Shown: piece after piece, positions 60,694 through 64,000 of the stretch | Position numbering within the stretch: position 1 is the stretch's first letter | Layout: every line of letters starts with the position of its first letter | Assembly (NCBI GenBank): GCA_963674945.2 | Contig: CAXXWQ010000004.1 | Span: 800,001 to 864,000 of the forward strand | From: an uncultured Desulfosarcina sp. | Lineage (GTDB): Bacteria > Desulfobacterota > Desulfobacteria > Desulfobacterales > Desulfosarcinaceae | DNA: 64,000 bases | Direction: 5' to 3' | Position numbers and translations under genes: made by a program | Notes under the pieces: model-generated | What the model saw: the letters and a program-made list of their open reading frames with translations, nothing else | What the model was told of the DNA's origin: nothing | Databases searched by the model: none

Positions 60694-62841
60694 ATGGGCA
60701 ACACACAACCTGCACAACCATTGTTCCCCCATTTGCCGGAACGCCTTGCAGGCCTGGAAGAACTGGCGGAAAATCTCTGGTGGAGCTGGAATCCGGGCGC
60801 CCGGGTGCTCTTCAAGGCACTAGACCGTCAGGCCTGGAAGGAGAGCGGTCACAACCCGGACAAGATGCTCAGGGAGTTACCCCGGGAACTTCTGGAAAAA
60901 GCCAGGGCCGATGCCGATTATCTCCGTAGGTTTGATGATGTGATGGCTGTGTTCGGTCGCACCATGCAAAAAAAAGCGTGCGACTTGCTATCGCCTTTTT
61001 CACTGGACCACAAGCTTGCCGTGGCCTACTTTTCCGCTGAATACGGTCTGCATCGATCCTTACCCTTCTATGCCGGCGGATTGGGTTTTCTGGCTGGCGA
61101 TTACCTGAAAGAATGCAGTGATTTAAATGTGCCGCTGGTGGCGGTGGGCTTCATGTACCCGGACGGCTATCTACGGCAACAGGTCCGGGATGACGGCTGG
61201 CAGGCGGATCTGGTGGAGCCCCTCGACCGTGAGGCCGCCCCGATTTCCAGGGTGAGGGACAAGAATGGACGGCAACTCGTCGTAACGGTCCCGCTGACCG
61301 ATCCGCCGATCCATGTCGCGGTGTGGAAGGTCGCCGTCGGGCGTGTTTCCCTTTACCTGATGGACACGGATGTCGAAACCAATGATCCCTGGAGCAGAGG
61401 GATCACCGCCCGGCTCTACATCGGCGATCTCGAGCAGCGCCTACGCCAGGAAATTGTCCTGGGGATCGGGGGGCCGGCGGTACTCAAGACGTTGGGCATC
61501 GACCATTACCTCCTGCACCTGAACGAAGGTCATGCAGCATTCGCGATTCTTGAACGTATCCGGGAATATATGCAAACCGGCAGTGACTTTGCCGCCGCTC
61601 GCCGAAATGTCATCGATTCCACCATCTTTACCACGCACACCCCGGTGCCGGCCGGTCACGATGTGTTTCCCTTTCAATTGATCGGCAAGTATTTTGATTC
61701 CTACTGGCCCGCCTTAGGCCTCGATCGCGACGCGTTTATCAACATGGGGATTCATCCGGAAAAGCCGGCTGCCGGATTCAATATGACGGCTTTCGCCCTG
61801 CGTCTGTCCGGCTGCCGGAACGCGGTGAGCAAACGACACGCCGAGGTCTCACGGAAGATGTGGCGAAGCCTCTGGCCCGACCTGCCGGAGGATCAGGTCC
61901 CCATCGATTTCGTTACCAACGGTGTCCATGTGCCCACCTGGATCGAACCGAAAATCAAGCTTCTTCTGGACACACACCTCGGTGTCGATTGGCTGGACAA
62001 GCATGACGATCCGGCCATATGGCAGCGCATCGACACCATCCCCGACAGCGAGCTGTGGAAAACGCATTACTGGCTCAAGGTGAAACTGATCGATGCCGTT
62101 CGGGAGCGCGCCCGTCTTCGCTGGGCCGATGGCGGGGGCAGCTCATCCGTCATGCTTGCCGGAGGCGCTTTCCTCGATCCATCGGTCCTGACGATTGGCT
62201 TTGCACGACGGTTCGCCACCTACAAGAGAGCCTTGCTGATCTTTCAGGATCTGGAGCGCCTGAAAAAACATTTCAAGGACCGCTGGCGCCCCATCCAGAT
62301 CATCTTCGCCGGCAAAGCCCATCCAGCCGACGACCCCGGGAAGGTTGTTCTGCAAAACCTTATAAACCTGTCGCGCGATCCCCGGATTGGAGGCCGGGTC
62401 GCTTTTGTGGAGGATTACGGCGAGCAGCTGGCCCAGTACCTGGTGCATGGGGTGGATGTATGGCTGAACACGCCGTTGCCTCCGTTTGAAGCTTGCGGGA
62501 CGAGCGGCATGAAGGCGGGCCTGAACGGCGTGCCCCATCTAAGCCTGCTGGACGGCTGGTGGGAAGAAGGGTTTAACGGGAAAAATGGCTGGGCCGTGGA
62601 GCACGATGCAAATGCCGAGAATCCGGATGGCCATGATGCCGAAAAGATCTACCGCCTTCTGGAAGAACAAATCATCCCGCTCTATTACAAGGTGTCGGAT
62701 AACGGAATTCCCCTTGAATGGGTCCGGCTGATGAAGGAAACCGTTAAAAGTGCGGCTTCCGGTTTCTCTGCACGCCGGATGGTCAAGCAATACATTGAAA
62801 AGTTTTATTCCAGCAGTATTCAACATGCGCTGGAGGATTAG
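60694..62841 (+). CDS. glgP: Alpha-glucan (glycogen/maltodextrin) phosphorylase
   Basis: AYFSAEYG, YAGGLG, HLNEGH, FARRFATYKR, EACGTSGMKA (PLP lysine). Confidence 0.95.
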   Translation: MGNTQPAQPLFPHLPERLAGLEELAENLWWSWNPGARVLFKALDRQAWKESGHNPDKMLRELPRELLEKARADADYLRRFDDVMAVFGRTMQKKACDLLSPFSLDHKLAVAYFSAEYGLHRSLPFYAGGLGFLAGDYLKECSDLNVPLVAVGFMYPDGYLRQQVRDDGWQADLVEPLDREAAPISRVRDKNGRQLVVTVPLTDPPIHVAVWKVAVGRVSLYLMDTDVETNDPWSRGITARLYIGDLEQRLRQEIVLGIGGPAVLKTLGIDHYLLHLNEGHAAFAILERIREYMQTGSDFAAARRNVIDSTIFTTHTPVPAGHDVFPFQLIGKYFDSYWPALGLDRDAFINMGIHPEKPAAGFNMTAFALRLSGCRNAVSKRHAEVSRKMWRSLWPDLPEDQVPIDFVTNGVHVPTWIEPKIKLLLDTHLGVDWLDKHDDPAIWQRIDTIPDSELWKTHYWLKVKLIDAVRERARLRWADGGGSSSVMLAGGAFLDPSVLTIGFARRFATYKRALLIFQDLERLKKHFKDRWRPIQIIFAGKAHPADDPGKVVLQNLINLSRDPRIGGRVAFVEDYGEQLAQYLVHGVDVWLNTPLPPFEACGTSGMKAGLNGVPHLSLLDGWWEEGFNGKNGWAVEHDANAENPDGHDAEKIYRLLEEQIIPLYYKVSDNGIPLEWVRLMKETVKSAASGFSARRMVKQYIEKFYSSSIQHALED

Positions 62842-63078
62842 ACCGTGTCCGCTTAGCAAAGATAGAAAAACCATGCCCGCTGAATAAGAAATCGATGTCT
62901 TGAAATTGGATAACGCCTGTTGTTATGATCAACGTGGGTGACATCAGGCGTAACAAAAAACGGTAGCGCTTCTTTCATCATCGTTTCAGCGGCAAGGATA
63001 GTGTCTATCCAGAAATGGCCAATTTCTTGAACAACGGCTACGGGCAGCTACTTCAGACACCATCCACGAGGACGCGGC

Positions 63079-64000
63079 ATGCCAACGAAGAAAAACAGCA
63101 CTATCCCAATAAAAGCCGCAGCAAAGGCAAAAACCGGCCGGGCAAAACGTGCACCGAATAGTCCGGCTGTAAACAAACGGTTTCCGGTGGTCGGCCTGGG
63201 TGCATCCGCCGGCGGGCTGGACGCGCTGAGATCTTTTTTTCACGAGGTGACGGCGAACAGCGGCATGGCCTTTATCGTGGTGGTCCATATGGCCCCCAAA
63301 CAGCCAAGCCTGATGCCCGAGCTTTTGCAGAAAGTCACCCCGGTGCCGGTTTCCGTCGCCCAGGACGGGCAGATCCTTGCACCGGATCATATCTACGTCA
63401 TCGCACCGGACAAGGAGATCAGTGTATTCAAAGGCAAGATCCAGCTACTGGATATTTTAGATAAACGCGCGACCCTGCCCATCGATGCCTTCCTCAAATC
63501 GCTGGCCAATGACCAGGGGGCCCACGCGGCGGCGGTCATTTTATCGGGCACCGGCACGGACGGCACCCTCGGCGCAAAGGCGATTCAAGCCAACGGCGGC
63601 CTGGTCCTGGTTCAATCGGAAGCGTCGGCCGGTTATGACGGCATGCCCCGCAGCGCCATCGGCAGCGGCGCGGCGGATATCATCGCGCCTCCCGAACAGA
63701 TGCCCCAAAAGCTCAGCCACTATTTTACGCACGCCAAGAAGGCGTTCGTCAAACAGCCTGCCGCCCCCGCTGCCATAAAGGATCAACTGGAGTGGCTGGA
63801 CAAGATCTTTGCCATTTTGCGATCCCGGATCGGACATGATTTTTCCCAATACAAGGTTAATACGTTGCTGCGCCGCATCGATCGCCGCATGGGACTGAAT
63901 CAGATCATGAGCCATGAGCAATATGTGCGCTATCTGCGCGAAAATCCCGCCGAGGTGGAGGCGTTGTTCCGGGAGCTGTTGATCGGGGTGACCCAATTTT
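63079..64000 (+). CDS. CheB/CheR fusion protein, running off the window end
   Basis: ATG 63079; FPVVGLGASAGGLDAL, VVHM, ILSGTGTDG (CheB), then GHDFSQYK..TLLRRIDRRM...LLIGVTQF (CheR); no stop in window, so absent from the ORF track. Confidence 0.9.
   Translation, partial: MPTKKNSTIPIKAAAKAKTGRAKRAPNSPAVNKRFPVVGLGASAGGLDALRSFFHEVTANSGMAFIVVVHMAPKQPSLMPELLQKVTPVPVSVAQDGQILAPDHIYVIAPDKEISVFKGKIQLLDILDKRATLPIDAFLKSLANDQGAHAAAVILSGTGTDGTLGAKAIQANGGLVLVQSEASAGYDGMPRSAIGSGAADIIAPPEQMPQKLSHYFTHAKKAFVKQPAAPAAIKDQLEWLDKIFAILRSRIGHDFSQYKVNTLLRRIDRRMGLNQIMSHEQYVRYLRENPAEVEALFRELLIGVTQF

Noticed and set aside
1..64000. CRISPR arrays, tRNA, rRNA, retron or reverse transcriptase
   Set aside because: No regularly spaced repeats, cloverleaf signatures or RT motifs seen by eye; a tool-based scan would be needed to exclude them

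Overview
The window has three parts. (1) 0.2-19.9 kb is the backbone of a conjugative/integrative element. It holds a TraD/VirD4-type coupling ATPase, parAB with a 16-bp palindrome inside parB, and a decaying defence/toxin-antitoxin block (AbiE pair, truncated BrnT + BrnA, IS-split UvrD helicase remnant, PIN + XRE-ImmA/IrrE). It also holds HU, an IS-split IHF, and a leading-region-like operon: tandem-OB SSB, RepB-type primase, DUF932, RadC/JAB and a hypothetical gene. That operon ends at a ~410-nt hairpin-rich non-coding tract and a tyrosine-recombinase-like gene. (2) 20-50 kb is cargo: MBL hydrolase, sulfatase + lipoprotein, DUF1016 pseudogene, GIY-YIG and SRAP. It also includes a cold-adaptation/RNA-chaperone cluster with three cold-shock proteins sharing a conserved leader, two RRM proteins, an IS-split DEAD-box helicase, a deleted desaturase and HlyIII. 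(3) 50.5-64 kb is an intact sigma54-preceded run: ZraP-like protein, B12 radical SAM, hflK-hflC-hyp-ftsH-hsp20-clsB, then a DnaG-like primase, a glucan phosphorylase and the start of a CheB/CheR fusion. Seven complete IS elements were delimited by eye from IRs and TSDs, plus four IS remnants. Gene content suggests a Desulfobacterota-type host (inference only). No tRNA, rRNA or CRISPR array was seen. The most promising unexplained signals are a repeated two-hairpin, SD-sequestering leader with covariation, the structured tract beside the tyrosine recombinase, a structured ssb leader, the conserved csp leader, and NrdR-box-like repeats inside an IS1595 element. All family assignments come from motif recognition, not database searches.
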